From the NCBI GenBank assembly GCA_963693365.1, contig CAVNZM010000005.1, positions 9,280,334 to 9,344,333 on the forward strand: a stretch of 64,000 bases of DNA. Direction: 5' to 3'. The translations under genes and the position numbers were made by a program. Below, piece after piece: positions 36,801-60,776 of this stretch. Within the stretch, counting starts at the first letter, position 1, and each line of letters starts with the position of its first letter. This stretch comes from Amoebidium appalachense. Lineage: Eukaryota > Protista > Ichthyosporea. Under the pieces are notes generated by a model. It made no database searches and was not told the DNA's origin. It worked only from the letters and a program-made list of their open reading frames with translations.

Positions 36801-38206
36801 CGAGCTCAGACACCTCGTTGGCATCATTTTGCTATGGTCGGTGTTGTGCGTATTGAGTCGCGAGAAGTCCTATAGCAAACATGGTGCTTGACTTTGAAAA
36901 CTCTGAAAAGACCAAGCAAAATAGGTTGCCGGACGTGAAAAAACGAAAAATACCTTCTTTGCAACAAACTTAGGGACACTATCATCACACATTTCCCTTG
37001 CGCAATGCAGCTGTGAGTTCAGGCTTACAAAACACAAGTGTCTGGTTTTTTTTTTCATCCATAGGGAACACTACACACCAAGTACACAAAAACGTTCTCT
37101 TTTTTTCTCGCAAAGCATGCTTTTCGGATCTAAACGGCACGTAGCGGCGAAGTTATTGGCTGACACCTCCATCAGCCAAAAACGCTCGAGCCCGTGTCCC
37201 CCAGACAACCCCCACTGCCACCGCCGACACGGAAACCGCGCGTGGTTAAAAAGCTACCTGCGTGCATATTTCTCCCTCAGCCAAGACGACACACTTCTTC
37301 TCGCGGCAATAAGCGACAGCAGCATCGAGTCGTTTGGTGTTTTGGAGGAGCATAGTAATAGCGTTTACGTGCACCATTCGAGTATTTCACATGCGATGAG
37401 TACTGGATGTTTGGCAACGTCGGGTAGCACGTGTGGGTGTGGTTCTTCAAGTTCGTCGTGCAGTTGTGTGAACTGGTGTGAGTTGGATTGGTCACACGGC
37501 ACAGGTCCGAGAAAGTCGGTGGGTGGGGCCAAGGTTGATATGGGCCATTACTACTCTACCGGTTCAGTTGTGGTGGGTGAACATCGAGAGCTACGACGTG
37601 TAAATACACTTTTGTGTTTGTATTAAAAGAAAAATTAGAGTGACTAGTGAGTGGTACTTGTATATAGGTGAACTCAGGCGAGTCACTGCGAGAAAAATGT
37701 TAATTACACCCGCCACCAAGAGTTACTGAATGCTGTACATATAAGAACCAATATTGTTACTGTTTGTCACCGAAATTAGGAGAGCAGCAAATAATTGTTG
37801 TGTAAAAAGGTCGTTGGCGGCTGGAAATTGCCGTGCATTCAGCTGGTGTGTGGGATCAAGGTTATTTGTATGGTCATGGCACTGGTGGCTGACAAAAAAA
37901 TGCTGTACTTGTGCAAGAATTAAACCTCTTAAAAGATTTTAAGACAGAATAAAAATGGTCGAACTTCCTGGCGGAGCGTCGTAATAATGAATCGTAAAAG
38001 GAAATTGCTACCGTGGCGCTCAGTGGCTATGCCCGGACGAACCCCCCCCCCCCCCCCCCCCCCCTGCCTCCCCTCCCCTCCCCCCCCCCCCCCCCCCCAA
38101 AAAAAAAAAAATAGATAAATAAAAAGAAAATAAATGAATAAAATAATAAATAAAACGAGCCGTGCAAGCGCGAGCGTGCATACACATGTGTACACACACA
38201 CTCGCA

Positions 38207-38277
<71 letters not shown>

Positions 38278-38487
38278 ACAGACACACAGACACTGTAGGA
38301 CGGTAACTGTGTAAATGTACGGGACTAACGCACACGAGTAAAGGGTACCTTTGTATGATGCGTGAAATCTCTGCGCAATCAAAATCTGCCGGAAATGAGC
38401 AGTGTGTTGCGTTTATTAAGAGGGCGGCAACCGGTCACACAGTGATCCGGAGGTGTACACTTCGTCCCACATCACACACGCACACAC

Positions 38488-38575
<88 letters not shown>

Positions 38576-38775
38576 AGATGCACGTGCACCTGCATGGGCG
38601 TGCACGAACACACAAACACACGGTCGCCACTGTCACGTGCACAACCACAACCACCACACATACACAAACACACAGACACACACACAAGTTTAAAAAAAAA
38701 AGAACACCGTTTGGTTGCCTTCAAGCACCGGACCTCATGTACAACCTTGATATGTTATTGAATCTTGTTGCCTGG

Positions 38776-38857
38776 GAGGGGTCACCCGCAAGTTGCCGCA
38801 ATATTTGCATATATTTGCATATATTTGCATATATTTACAACTTGCGGGTGACCCCTC
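38776..38857. mobile_element. 82-bp miniature inverted-repeat element
   Basis: Perfect 20-bp IR GAGGGGTCACCCGCAAGTTG (38776-38795 / 38838-38857) around (ATATTTGCAT)3. CTGGG at 38772-38776 and 38857-38861 is a possible 5-bp TSD if the TIR is 19 bp. Confidence 0.65.
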
Positions 38858-39141
38858 TGGGTTACAAAATTTACTGAACACTCTAGGCTCCGTTCATGTC
38901 ATCTTTTCCATTAGTGCTCTGTAGGTGCGCTGCTGCAACTTCCATGATTACGGCCGATGGATCATGACCAAGCAAGTATATGCTTCCTGCGGCAATGTGA
39001 GACTGTAATCATGGGAGTAGTCATAATGACTACGGAAACATGGGAACTAACGGTTACTGACCTATGTGAGCCGGCGTGTTTAATTGTTTAGAGGGGCCAA
39101 TGCCTCCACAAACAAAGATCTTTGGTATACGTACCGGTGTG

Positions 39142-39817
39142 TTCGGTACCACCGAGCCCACGACACGAGTTATTTAAGGTGAAATCACAGTAGAATTGCA
39201 AACCTCTTACTTTTCTAAAATTTGGAGACCACGTAACACGACCCTTCCACCCACACACCCCAAAATGCACAAACACAAACACCCCAACACCACATGTACA
39301 CGTAAACAGAGAGGTAGAGCCCCACCGAAACCCAAACCACACACAAACACACCCCCAACACACACACAACCAGCATGCCCAACCTGCAGACACACCCACA
39401 GAACCAACCAACCATGCAACACTAGGCTCCTAGACCACTACACCGTAGCCACCCTCTATGTACAACACCATATTCTGCTAGGTAGCAACCCACCACCGTC
39501 CAGACCCCAACATCAATCCATATCCCCCGTAGGCCCCACCCACACCACACCACACATTCCATCACTTCAGACGAACCAATGAGAGCCCGGTTTTAAAGTT
39601 TATTCGTAGGTCTGAGTGGAGGGGAAGCCTGGTGCTACCCACCGGCGTGGCTGGGGTGAACACCCTGGGCTGTGTCAGTGTGCAAATAGTTGGGATTGTA
39701 AAGGTGAGTTTTGTCGGTGCTGGGTGGAAGACGGTAGTTCCCCATGAGGACCCCAGGGGTCCCCCGGGAACAAAACAAATATTAAAAAAATAAAATATAA
39801 AAAAATAATAAAAAAAA
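39142..39817 (+). mobile_element. 5'-truncated non-LTR retrotransposon (LINE) 3' end with A-rich tail and TSD
   Basis: 14-bp direct repeat TACGTACCGGTGTG at 39128-39141 and 39818-39831. A-rich tail ~39784-39817. Residual ORF with FSKIWRPRN (LINE ORF2 C-terminal IW..RN-like motif) and CPTCRHTHRTNQPC (CCHC-like). Hairpin-rich 3'UTR. Confidence 0.8.
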
Positions 39818-39880
39818 TACGTACCGGTGTGCATCACTGTATGTGTGTGTATGTATGTGTGTGTACGTATGTGTGTGTGC

Positions 39881-39917
<37 letters not shown>

Positions 39918-39952
39918 CTTGTGTGTGTGTGTGTGGGTGTGTGTGTGTATGA

Positions 39953-40017
<65 letters not shown>

Positions 40018-40673
40018 GTGGGACGAAGTGTACATCTCCGGATCACTGTGTGACCTGCCAGCCTGTTGCGGATTCTCCCCTCCCCCCTCCCCCCTCCCCC
40101 CTTCCCCCTTCTCCCCCTCCTCCTCCCTCCCCTCCCCTCCCCCCCCCCCCAAAAAAAAATAAAAAATAAAAATAAAAATAAAAATAAAAATAAAATAACT
40201 TATAATAAAACAATAAAAAAAGTTGAATATTGCCAAATAAAGTGTTAAATCAAACGAGCTGCGCACGTGCACATGTGGCTTTTCAGGTCTGCAACATTGT
40301 GTGTGCATACTGTATCGGACAGCCTGTCTGCATACTGTACCTTTGGATATCATATTTCAACAAGATTGCAGCACAAATGAGCACGATAAAACCAAAAAAA
40401 AAAAGGAGGAATATCGCTATCTCAACATGATTTCGAACTAACCAATCATTCGCGCGCGATCTGACTGATTAGCCAAATGCGGTTATTTGGGCTGGAAGTT
40501 TTGGCGCGCATTTTTTCTTTTAAAATAAAAAATAATAAAGTAGGAATAATATATTATAAAACCACTAAAAAAGTTGGAATATGGTGACATGGAGTTTGTA
40601 TGTGCCATTAAGTGGTGGTGCCCATGTGCATCTCATTCGAATTCAACTAGGGTCATTATCTCTTACCCCCCAG

Positions 40674-40776
<103 letters not shown>

Positions 40777-41794
40777 ACACCCCCTCACCCCTAACCTCCA
40801 TCCCCCCACCCCCTTGTGAACGTCCGTATGACACGATCAATGCCAACGATGAGCCAATAAATCATCGTGATAATAAATAATGTATTCCTAATTTCTTTAA
40901 TAGTTTTATGTATTGCCTACCTGTCACACACTACATTTGTGCTACAATATTACAATATCATTACATATTTCCTCTGGAATTTGAGAGGCAAGACGGCACA
41001 ATACTGAAAAGGGTTGTCATTATCAGCCCCTAATTGTAAACGAACACAGTTTGCAAGCCGATTCTTCTTCATTAAACTACTTTTTATTGTTTTAAAAGAA
41101 TATTCTAATTTTTTAATGGTTTATAGCCACTTCGCTTCAGTCCAGCTGACAGCAAGGCCCAAAACCCACTACCCGTTCATTAGATTAGCCCCTCGCACAA
41201 CTCCATCAGTCAAACCACACATTTTTTGCGAATTTTGCTGAAGTAGAATCGCGTGTGGCGCTAGGCAACTTTAACGTGCACCACCATTAATTACTATTAA
41301 CAACTAAAAGAACCACTCGGAACATTCAGATATTCACTTCCCACGGCACTCACAACGCTATGTGGTTGGAATTTTTTGAGCAGGTAAAAGTGCGGCTACT
41401 TACCACATAATGTACAAGGCATGCTCTTATGATATGACTATTATGCACCATACATTTATCGCTAATATTACTATGCACAGGTCATACGAATATGGCAACT
41501 GTTGCAGGCTTTTGTTGCCGCTAAGTCCATGACTCGACATTCGGGCCACCCATCAAACCATTTCCGTTTTAACCTGTTAACCGATTGAAAATTCATTCCG
41601 TTATTTAAGCTTTTAGGTCGTACATGTCGCTGTAATGGCGGACATCGCCACTATTGTTGCAACGGCCAACCGTCACACCATAAACTTCATCAACGGAAAT
41701 TTGCCGATGGAAATCCAATGATTCGAATTTTTATCGATGAATAATCCATTGGATCGAAATTTTCGACGATTGAAAATTCTTGGAGATCAGCCTT

Positions 41795-52475
<10,681 letters not shown>

Positions 52476-53959
52476 CTTGTCGAGAACTCAATCACCTATA
52501 AGAACAGCTGTCAAGCATATATGAAAGACGCCGCGGTGTGTGTACGAAGTTACAGTTGCAGTTAACGAACCGCTAATCAAAATAGGGAAGAGAAAAACAA
52601 AGAAATGAAGTGAGGGCAAGTAAATAGATGCTGTGGTAACCAGAATGGAGGGCATTGACAGCACGAGATGCAGAGAGAAATATATTAAAGGTAAGTTTGT
52701 ATGCTTACAACAGCAACAGAAAAAGTAATGCCCAAGAGGACAGAAAAAACTTGGCAAAGAGTGAAAACTACAGATTGCTGGGTGATAATTGGCACGAGTA
52801 CTACGACAGACTAAGTTGTCCAACTTCGCACGGCATAAGAACTACGGTATAGCTCTCCAAAAACGTTGATTACCCCGGCATACATGCAACTAGATATACA
52901 CACGCAACTGATAAGTCTAAACAAGCTACAGTTGAATGTCAATGAGTGACTTGCGAATCACGTGAAGGAAAAAACGTGACTCTAAAAAACAGTGAACGGG
53001 TCCTGCTGTTCTGAACGGGTCACTGACAAGTTAACATAGCGGCTCTACAAGTAAGAATCTAGACAAAAACTGAAGAAGACGCGTACAAGATACCTTGTCA
53101 CCTCTCAATACAAGTGCACCCCGCACCCTGCGCTGTCGGCGCCCCAACAAAATTCTGGTACTTCCTATTATTAAATATTCCACAAGGAAAATTTCATATT
53201 CAACAAAGCACCGAAAATAGGAAAGAGGGACAAAAAAACATTCAGGTTCTCCACGATTCCGCCAAGCTCGGTAGAGCAGCACTGAACGGCCCTGGCCGAA
53301 ATCTTATGTGTGGAAAAGAACAATTGTTGGAATGTATTTGTCCCAGGTATTCGCCAATCAGTTAGGCGAATAAAATCACCCTACACCGTCCGGATCCAAG
53401 GTTGAGCCGCGCGGCAATGTGATCGCTACATGCTTGTACTGTCGTATGCCGAAGTGTGATAGACGCCAAGCTTGAGCTGTGTAACGACAATAATAAGTTC
53501 AAATAAAATTCATTAATTATTCCCTGCAGCAGAAACATTCAGATAAATTCTGTCAAAACTGTTGGGCCTCTTAGTAACTTGTGCGCGGCACACAAGGGAA
53601 AATCACAAAACAGTCTATCTATTTAGTATTTAGGATATCAGTTTCTATCAAATCTAATATAGTTTAGAGTTTTCGTACGCATATTGGTTTCATAGTTTGA
53701 AACAACACAGGCGTTCTTCTTAATTATTTTTATTTGGTAGAAAAAAGCGCTCTTATGTAAATACTGCGATTAGCATTTTTGATGTCTCACAAACCATTAA
53801 CTTGCCCATTACCAAATTTGCCAAAATTAATTTGTATATCTCGGTTTTCCCATTGCTGAGTGATTCCCTGAGTAGCGCAGGTACATACCATGCTGTATAA
53901 AAATGTCCAATGACATTGAAGGTAGGTACCTCTCTAGGTCATCTGACCACTCTCCTATC

Positions 53960-54632
53960 CAGGGTTCGAAGGACGGTGGAGCCCATTAATGGAAGTCGAA
54001 ATCCCGTTTCGGAAAACCTCTTCGAAAATCGGAATGCTCCGTCGGAGCAGGCCCACCAAAAATCGTAATCATCGCGCATCAGTAAAATAGGGCATGCTTA
54101 TTTGTGCCTATATTGCATCAAAATGTAATTATAATGCATACTCAAAAACCCCTGTGGTTATTAGAGGCCTTCCTGGTGTTGGCAGTTGAAGCTTTGAAGG
54201 AATAAAAGGGAAATATGAAGTGCATTAATGCACAATATATATATACATTTTGTCTCCGTATTTAAAAATTCTGGGGGAGGGGAAGGGGAGGGGGGGGGGG
54301 GGAGGGGGGGGGGGGGGGGGGGGAGGGGAGTGAGTTGAGGCAGCAACATGGGAAGCTCAGGCAGAAATCGAATGTTTGGGGGGGAGCTCGAGAAGGGGGG
54401 GGGGGGGGGGGGGGGGGGGGGGAGGGGAGGGGAAGAAAATCAGGTTGGGTGGTTGTGTCTGTGTTTGTGTGTGTGTGTGTATTTTTCTTTGCAATTGTGT
54501 GTGTGTGTGTGTGGTGGGTATGTATGCACGGTGTGTGTGTCTGTGTGTATGTGTACAGGCCGTGGGTGTGTGTATTTGTTTCAGCGGTAATCGGTGTGTG
54601 TGTGTCTATGTTGTGTGCATATGTGCACATGT

Positions 54633-54681
<49 letters not shown>

Positions 54682-54881
54682 CATGACATTGTGTGCATGT
54701 GTATGTGTGTTTTGTGTCAACGGTTATGGTGTGTGTGTATGTATGTACAGTGTGTGTATGTATGTGTGTGTGTGCGCAGTGTGGTGTGTATGTATGCATG
54801 TGCAGGGTGTACACATGTGTGTGCCTGTGTATGTGTGTACATGCCAGTGTGGGTGTGTGTGTTTGTACCAACGGTTTCTTG

Positions 54882-54916
<35 letters not shown>

Positions 54917-54967
54917 GCCACCGAGTGTGTGTGCGTGCACCGTGTACATGGTGTGTGTGTGCAGTGT

Positions 54968-55046
<79 letters not shown>

Positions 55047-55390
55047 CATAGCATGTGATTGTACAGGGTGGATGCATGAGCACGTTTGTAATACAGTTAT
55101 CATGATCTGAGATAGTATGTGCCTGTGCACGTGTACTAGCCTAGGTCACATGATTGTGTGGTGTCACGGCTGTGTATGTATGTGACAGTATGTGCATGTG
55201 TGTCTTTGAACGGAACACAGTGGTGCACAGTGTGTGTATCGCCTGCCATTGAAGACGCGTGATACACGTGGCACCTGCACCTGGTGGCCGTCGACTCTGA
55301 GCATCTAGATCCATTCCATGTTTAGGCCTTCCTGGGGGGGGGGGTGAGGGGGAGTACTAGTGGGGGGGGGGGAGGGAGGGATCCGCCTGA

Positions 55391-55421
<31 letters not shown>

Positions 55422-55558
55422 TGAGGGCCGGAGCGGCGGTGGGGGGAGAAGGAGGGGCAGGAGGGGCTCTCGGACGTTCCGATTCGGCCGGGACGATTTT
55501 CGGAACTGTGTTTTTAAATATCGGAAATTCCGATTTTTTTTCGTAACTTCGAACCCTG
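53960..55558. mobile_element. Non-autonomous hAT-superfamily DNA transposon (1.6 kb)
   Basis: 12-bp TIR CAGGGTTCGAAG (53960-53971) / CTTCGAACCCTG (55547-55558). Perfect 8-bp TSD CTCCTATC at 53952-53959 and 55559-55566. Clustered subterminal TCGGA/TCCGA motifs at both ends. No transposase ORF; the interior is mostly degenerate GT repeat. Confidence 0.9.
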
Positions 55559-55566
55559 CTCCTATC

Positions 55567-58133
55567 CTTTTCCTACCTAAGATCTCCCTTGATCTGCTCC
55601 CCCTCCTCCTCCCACTTTCGCCTCCGTCTATCCCAGCTTAAGTCACAGTGGGGTAGAGTTGATGTATGTGTATGCTATGCAACGAAACACCCTATATATA
55701 TGCGCCTATTAGAATCTGCACAAGCCAGACCAGATTCACATCTCGTACTAGATACATGCACTAACTTTATTGTTGATGATTTGATAGATCTCGGTGATTA
55801 TGCTGGCGGTGGTAGGAAGGAATATCCCGATGCTCTCTTGTTACCAAACACCACTCCCGCTAGAATAGGTGAACCCCTGTCTCAAAAGGAAAGCTTGCGC
55901 CGGCTTGCTAGTATATATGAATCGATTTGGCCCCCCTGCTCGTATTATTGGTGATACCACTGGAGACCCCCTCATAGACTCTGATAAGTATTTCTCGGAA
56001 CTGTTTAAAGATAGGACCCCCGCTCAGAAACCTATTGTGTGGCCTGTAGACCCATCTATCCCCATAGAATCGATCCTCCCCTTTTTCAGTCCCGATACCA
56101 TATGGTCTGTGATATCTAGTTATAGCTCTAGTAAGTCTTGTGGACCTGATGGACTCCCTGCTGGGTTTCTTAAAATCCTTGTTCCCTCCTACCCACAAAA
56201 GGAAAGTGATCGTGCTATTAAACCTGATCTTACTATCATGTAGAGCTCTCTCTTTTCTTGGTGTGTTAAATGTGGACATGTCCCATCAACTTGGTTAGAT
56301 ACCTTAGTGATCCCCATAGTTAAGAAGGACTCTGAGGGCCCCATATCATCCTTTCGCCCCATTACACTAACCCAGGTTGTTCGTAGATTCTTTGAAGCTT
56401 GCTTACTTAGGTTATTTGCACATCACCCTAGGTTTCAATCTATAATTCTTCACATACACCCATGCCAATCCGCTTTTCGTAAAAACAATTCATGTTATGT
56501 TCAAATAATGGCACTGCACGATTCTATGCAAGTTGGTGCACGATATGTTGGCTTTATTGATTGGAAAACTGCTTACGATTCTGTCTCCCCTGGTCTCCTA
56601 TGGGAAAAGCTTGCTGCACGGGGTGTACCACACTGCATTGGTGTTCTGTTAGAAGCACTCTTGTCTCAAACCTATGGTAGAGCTGTGGTTAATGGGCATC
56701 TTTCATATGGTTTTGCTCGTACTAGAGGTCTCTTGCAGGGTTCATTGCTTAGCCCCTTTTTGTTTAACCTATTTATAGATGATTTGGCTGTCAAGATTTA
56801 CGCCGAAAACGATGACCCTATTAATAACTTTCCGCCTGCACTTCTCTATGCTGATGATCTGTCCCTCCTTGCCCGTACCCCTAGACGCCTGCAAAGATTG
56901 TTCGATGTAGTGTCAGAGTGGTGCAAGGCAAACCTTATGATCCTTAACATAGACAAATGTGGTGTTCTTGTACCTGATATAGCCAACAATTTACACACAA
57001 TTACATTATCATCTAAACCTGTACCTATAGTTCCAGAATACAAATATCTTGGTGTTCCGGTTGATTCTGTTGGTGTTATGTTTTCCCATATGGTCGAAAA
57101 GAGGGTAGAGTTGGCTCGTAAGCGGTTAGCTTTCTTCTCGGCTAATATTTTTAAAGACACACCCCTCCATCCTTCTATTAGACTTACATTTATTCGCACT
57201 TTTGTCTTCCCGGCATGTGAATATGGTTTACCCCTTCTCGGCGCTTGGATCAAGAAAGAGAGAACTAGAGCGCTTAAACCCTTGGCAAATTTCCTTGAAG
57301 CAGAAGTTGCCTCCTTTCTATCTAACAACTGTTGTAAACCTGGGCCTGTAACGCTCTCGATATATGGTCTGGTCCCAATAGCTGCTAGAGTATCCTATCT
57401 CGCGCTGAAATTCAATAAGCACATAAGCCGCTGAAGAAGTATTTGCCCTCCCACCCTCTCTTCTCTATCCGACCTGTCCCCTCCTCACCTCTCCCCTCTT
57501 TCCTTCCCTCTCTCCCCCCTTCTCCCCTGGGCACAAATACAAATAAACCCCGCAATAGTGTGTGTGTGACTTTGGACTGCCACTTACTTATTAAACATGT
57601 ACACAATCACAAGATAATCACGCAATATAACAAATGGAAAAAGATACCACACGACACTAGACCCGATGAAAGCATACACCTTGAAAAACTAAGCCTTATG
57701 TCTCGTTTTATATATACTGACCCCCTCAACCATATTGCCAAACATGGCACTCGCAAATGTATAATACCTAAATACATATTACCTTCCTGTAGAACTGGTC
57801 TTTCTCTAGCTGATGGTATTATTGATCAATTACCACGCTTTTACTGTACTGTACGTGCTATACAGTGGAGATCTAATAAGTATAAGGTGGCATCATTTGC
57901 ATGCCCAAACAACACACACACACACCAGTTTAACCGGTCATGTATCGCCAAATGTAGTTTGATAGACCACATAATACCGCAACACACACATGTCACATTC
58001 ACAACAGACACCCAGAAAGATAGCCTACCTGTAAATTACAACATCCGATGATTTTATACTAAACACGCGTAACTACGACCTGTTTATTAGATGTATTGAT
58101 TGGCTTGAGAAACACATCACTACAAAATTCTAG
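55567..58133 (+). pseudogene. LINE ORF2 reverse transcriptase pseudogene
   Basis: Motifs KSCGPDGL, VPSTW, IPIVKK, FRPITL, QSAFR, FIDWKTAYDSV, RGLLQGSLLSPFLFNLFIDDL, LYADD, YKYLGV. In-frame stops at 56241 and 57432; frameshifts near 55.6, 55.93 and 58.05 kb. Longest intact piece is 56307-57434. Confidence 0.92.
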
Positions 58134-58153
58134 CGCACGCGCACACACACACA

Positions 58154-58214
<61 letters not shown>

Positions 58215-58259
58215 ACTCACACACGCAACCAGCTGAAACCGAGTGTCCCAGGGGAGCCC

Positions 58260-58314
<55 letters not shown>

Positions 58315-58666
58315 GGGGAACCCCAACTAATTGATTTCTCCTTGTAGTCTTTATGGTGTCTCGTAGAGAAAGTAAACCCTGATATATAGTCATCACCCGA
58401 CATCTATGTACGTGATCATGATATACCGCTGAGGGGATATTCCGAGCAAAACCCCCCCCCATACCTGAGACTGGTTTCTCTTTGCCTCGAGTAAACAGCG
58501 TAAACCCCTATCTGTTTTAGGTAATGCGCGCGCCTTTTATGGAAGGTACTAGTCGTACACGAGGTGTATGTAGACAGGCAGTCGGAGTCGAAGTGCCACC
58601 TGCACCACTAAAAAAACATATTTCAAAGCTTGTTTGTTAACACCGTTTTACTGACGTCTAGATCTC

Positions 58667-59040
58667 ATTCTTTTCCGCCGCCTTTTTGGATCCGCATCAT
58701 GGGCAGCAGCTCTCCAGGAGCCGACCCACTCGTCACAGACTGAACATGCTCATGCCCATAACAAACACATAGCACAAGATGGATTGTCCGGAGGGTGCCA
58801 CTGAGTGTGCCACTGCCGAGCAAAAACATTGCAATGGACAAGTATTATTATGCATGCGCATGGACGTACCCGTGTCGATGGGCGGTTCAGAGAGAGGCAC
58901 ACAGGTTCATTACGGTGCCACATGATCTGCAAACCTCACGGGAAAATGCAAATGCCGGCCCGATGCAATAGATAGCAAGTTGACCGGGTTCTTATGCCAT
59001 CACGGTCATTGCTTTGGTATTGGCCATGAACATATAGTAC

Positions 59041-59089
<49 letters not shown>

Positions 59090-59937
59090 ACACGCACACG
59101 CTTCCTCTCCCCCCTCCCCCCCATTCGTGCACCCCTTCCTACATTCCCCTTATCCTAGGGATCCCGGGTTCTAGTAGCTACACACACACACACACAGAAC
59201 GAGGAGCCCTTATAGAGAGTTACACATGCAGAACTACAACCGAGCATAATGCCCTTCTGCCTGCCTGCAGCAACCTTTGCTGTGGGTTACTTAAAAGTTC
59301 TTTGAATCTGTAACGGTGGGGAAAGGCCAAGGAGGAGACGGAGGAGGAGGAGGGTGGGGGGTGGGGGGGTGGGGACCACCTCCAGCCGGGCCCGATGTTC
59401 CCCCTCGGCAAGGGAGGGGGTAGTGGGGGAATGGAGTGAACGTGGAGCTTGAAGGAAGGTAGGTGTCGGGGGAGGGGGGTGGGAGGGTGGGGTGCTAAAG
59501 AACCTTCGGGAGGGGGGTGGGAGGGTGGGGTGCTAAAGAACCTTCCGATGAATTCCCTGAACGTAAGTGGGCCCCTGGCCAGGAGCGGAGAAAAGAGCCT
59601 CACGGAGGGGGAGGGGGGGGGGGGGGGGGGGGTTTAAGAGGGGAGGGGAAGGGGGAACTCGCACACCCCCAGCACCTAGCATGCCATGCTTGCAATCTGA
59701 CCATGATGAGAGAGCGCTTTGTAGTATCTGATTCAGTACTGTACATAATACATACACGATTCAAGAATATGTTATCACTATAACCCCAAAATTTGAAACT
59801 CCCCAAAGTACACACCTACCTCCTACCCCCCCTCCCCCCCTCCCCCCCCCCCCCCCCCCCCCCCCCCCCCGCCCTGGCGCCCCCTGGCCCTTCCACACAC
59901 TCATAGGTACACAAGCGGCCACACTTGCACATATTAG

Positions 59938-59972
<35 letters not shown>

Positions 59973-60278
59973 ACAGAGGCTCCCTCCCCAGCCCGCCTGC
60001 CCGCCTGCCCGCCTGCTCGCGACTTTCCCATTTGTAGATACTGCCTTTGAAGTTTAATTGTTGTTGCTCGTTCGAAAGATACATGTACATGTGTCCCTCT
60101 TGGCCTCATGCTACGAGTGCGCACGAAGGCACAACGTCATCTTGGTTATGTACGCCATTACGTCGACAAAAAGTACCACTGGTATGGGATGGCATAGGCA
60201 CACTCGTATGCGCCGTGCCCACACAGACACATACACGCAACCATTCCTCCCCCCTCCCCCCCCCCCCCCCCCCCCCCC

Positions 60279-60326
<48 letters not shown>

Positions 60327-60713
60327 GCGTGCGCACACACCCACACGCCCACACACGCCCACACACACACACACAACCATGCATAGCATGCTATGGTGCA
60401 CGTGTGCACCGTGGCACCGCGGTTGGGGGCGGGATAGCAGTGGTTTGCCGAACAATGTATGTACATCCGGCTCACTTTCTCCCCTGCCACCTCCCCACCG
60501 GCAAACACAAGTGCATGCATGTATGCATCGCCAACAGCGCACCCACACAGATAGACACACATCAAGTCGGCTACACATGTACAATCAACCCACGTGTGTG
60601 CACACTCGCCAAGCAGATGCTAGATAAATGCACTCGCCTGCCACACACATGCACACACACACACACACGCACACATACACACACACACGCACACGCACAC
60701 GCACACGCACACG

Positions 60714-60776
<63 letters not shown>

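Larger units (their letters stand above)
38433..40055. mobile_element. Putative non-autonomous foldback/TIR element with 39-bp inverted repeats extended internally by (CA)n/(TG)n
   Basis: 38433-38471 GGTCACACAGTGATCCGGAGGTGTACACTTCGTCCCACA matches the reverse complement of 40017-40055 with 1 mismatch. No TSD identified. Confidence 0.55.
53930..58313 (+). mobile_element. Decayed, 5'-truncated LINE (APE endonuclease C-terminus + reverse transcriptase), interrupted by a hAT-type element
   Basis: The APE terminal motif SSDHSPILF is restored when 53960-55558 and one TSD copy are removed. RT motifs follow, then (CA)n and poly(A) at 58264-58313. The LINE's own TSD was not found. Confidence 0.88.

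Noticed and set aside
37117-37626. 169-aa ORF, and a minus-strand KRLDAAVAYCREKK segment resembling a transposase HTH
   Set aside because: No recognisable domain, stops in the alternative frames, and no TIRs found.
56846-57328. 160-aa minus-strand ORF
   Set aside because: Antisense shadow of the RT coding frame.
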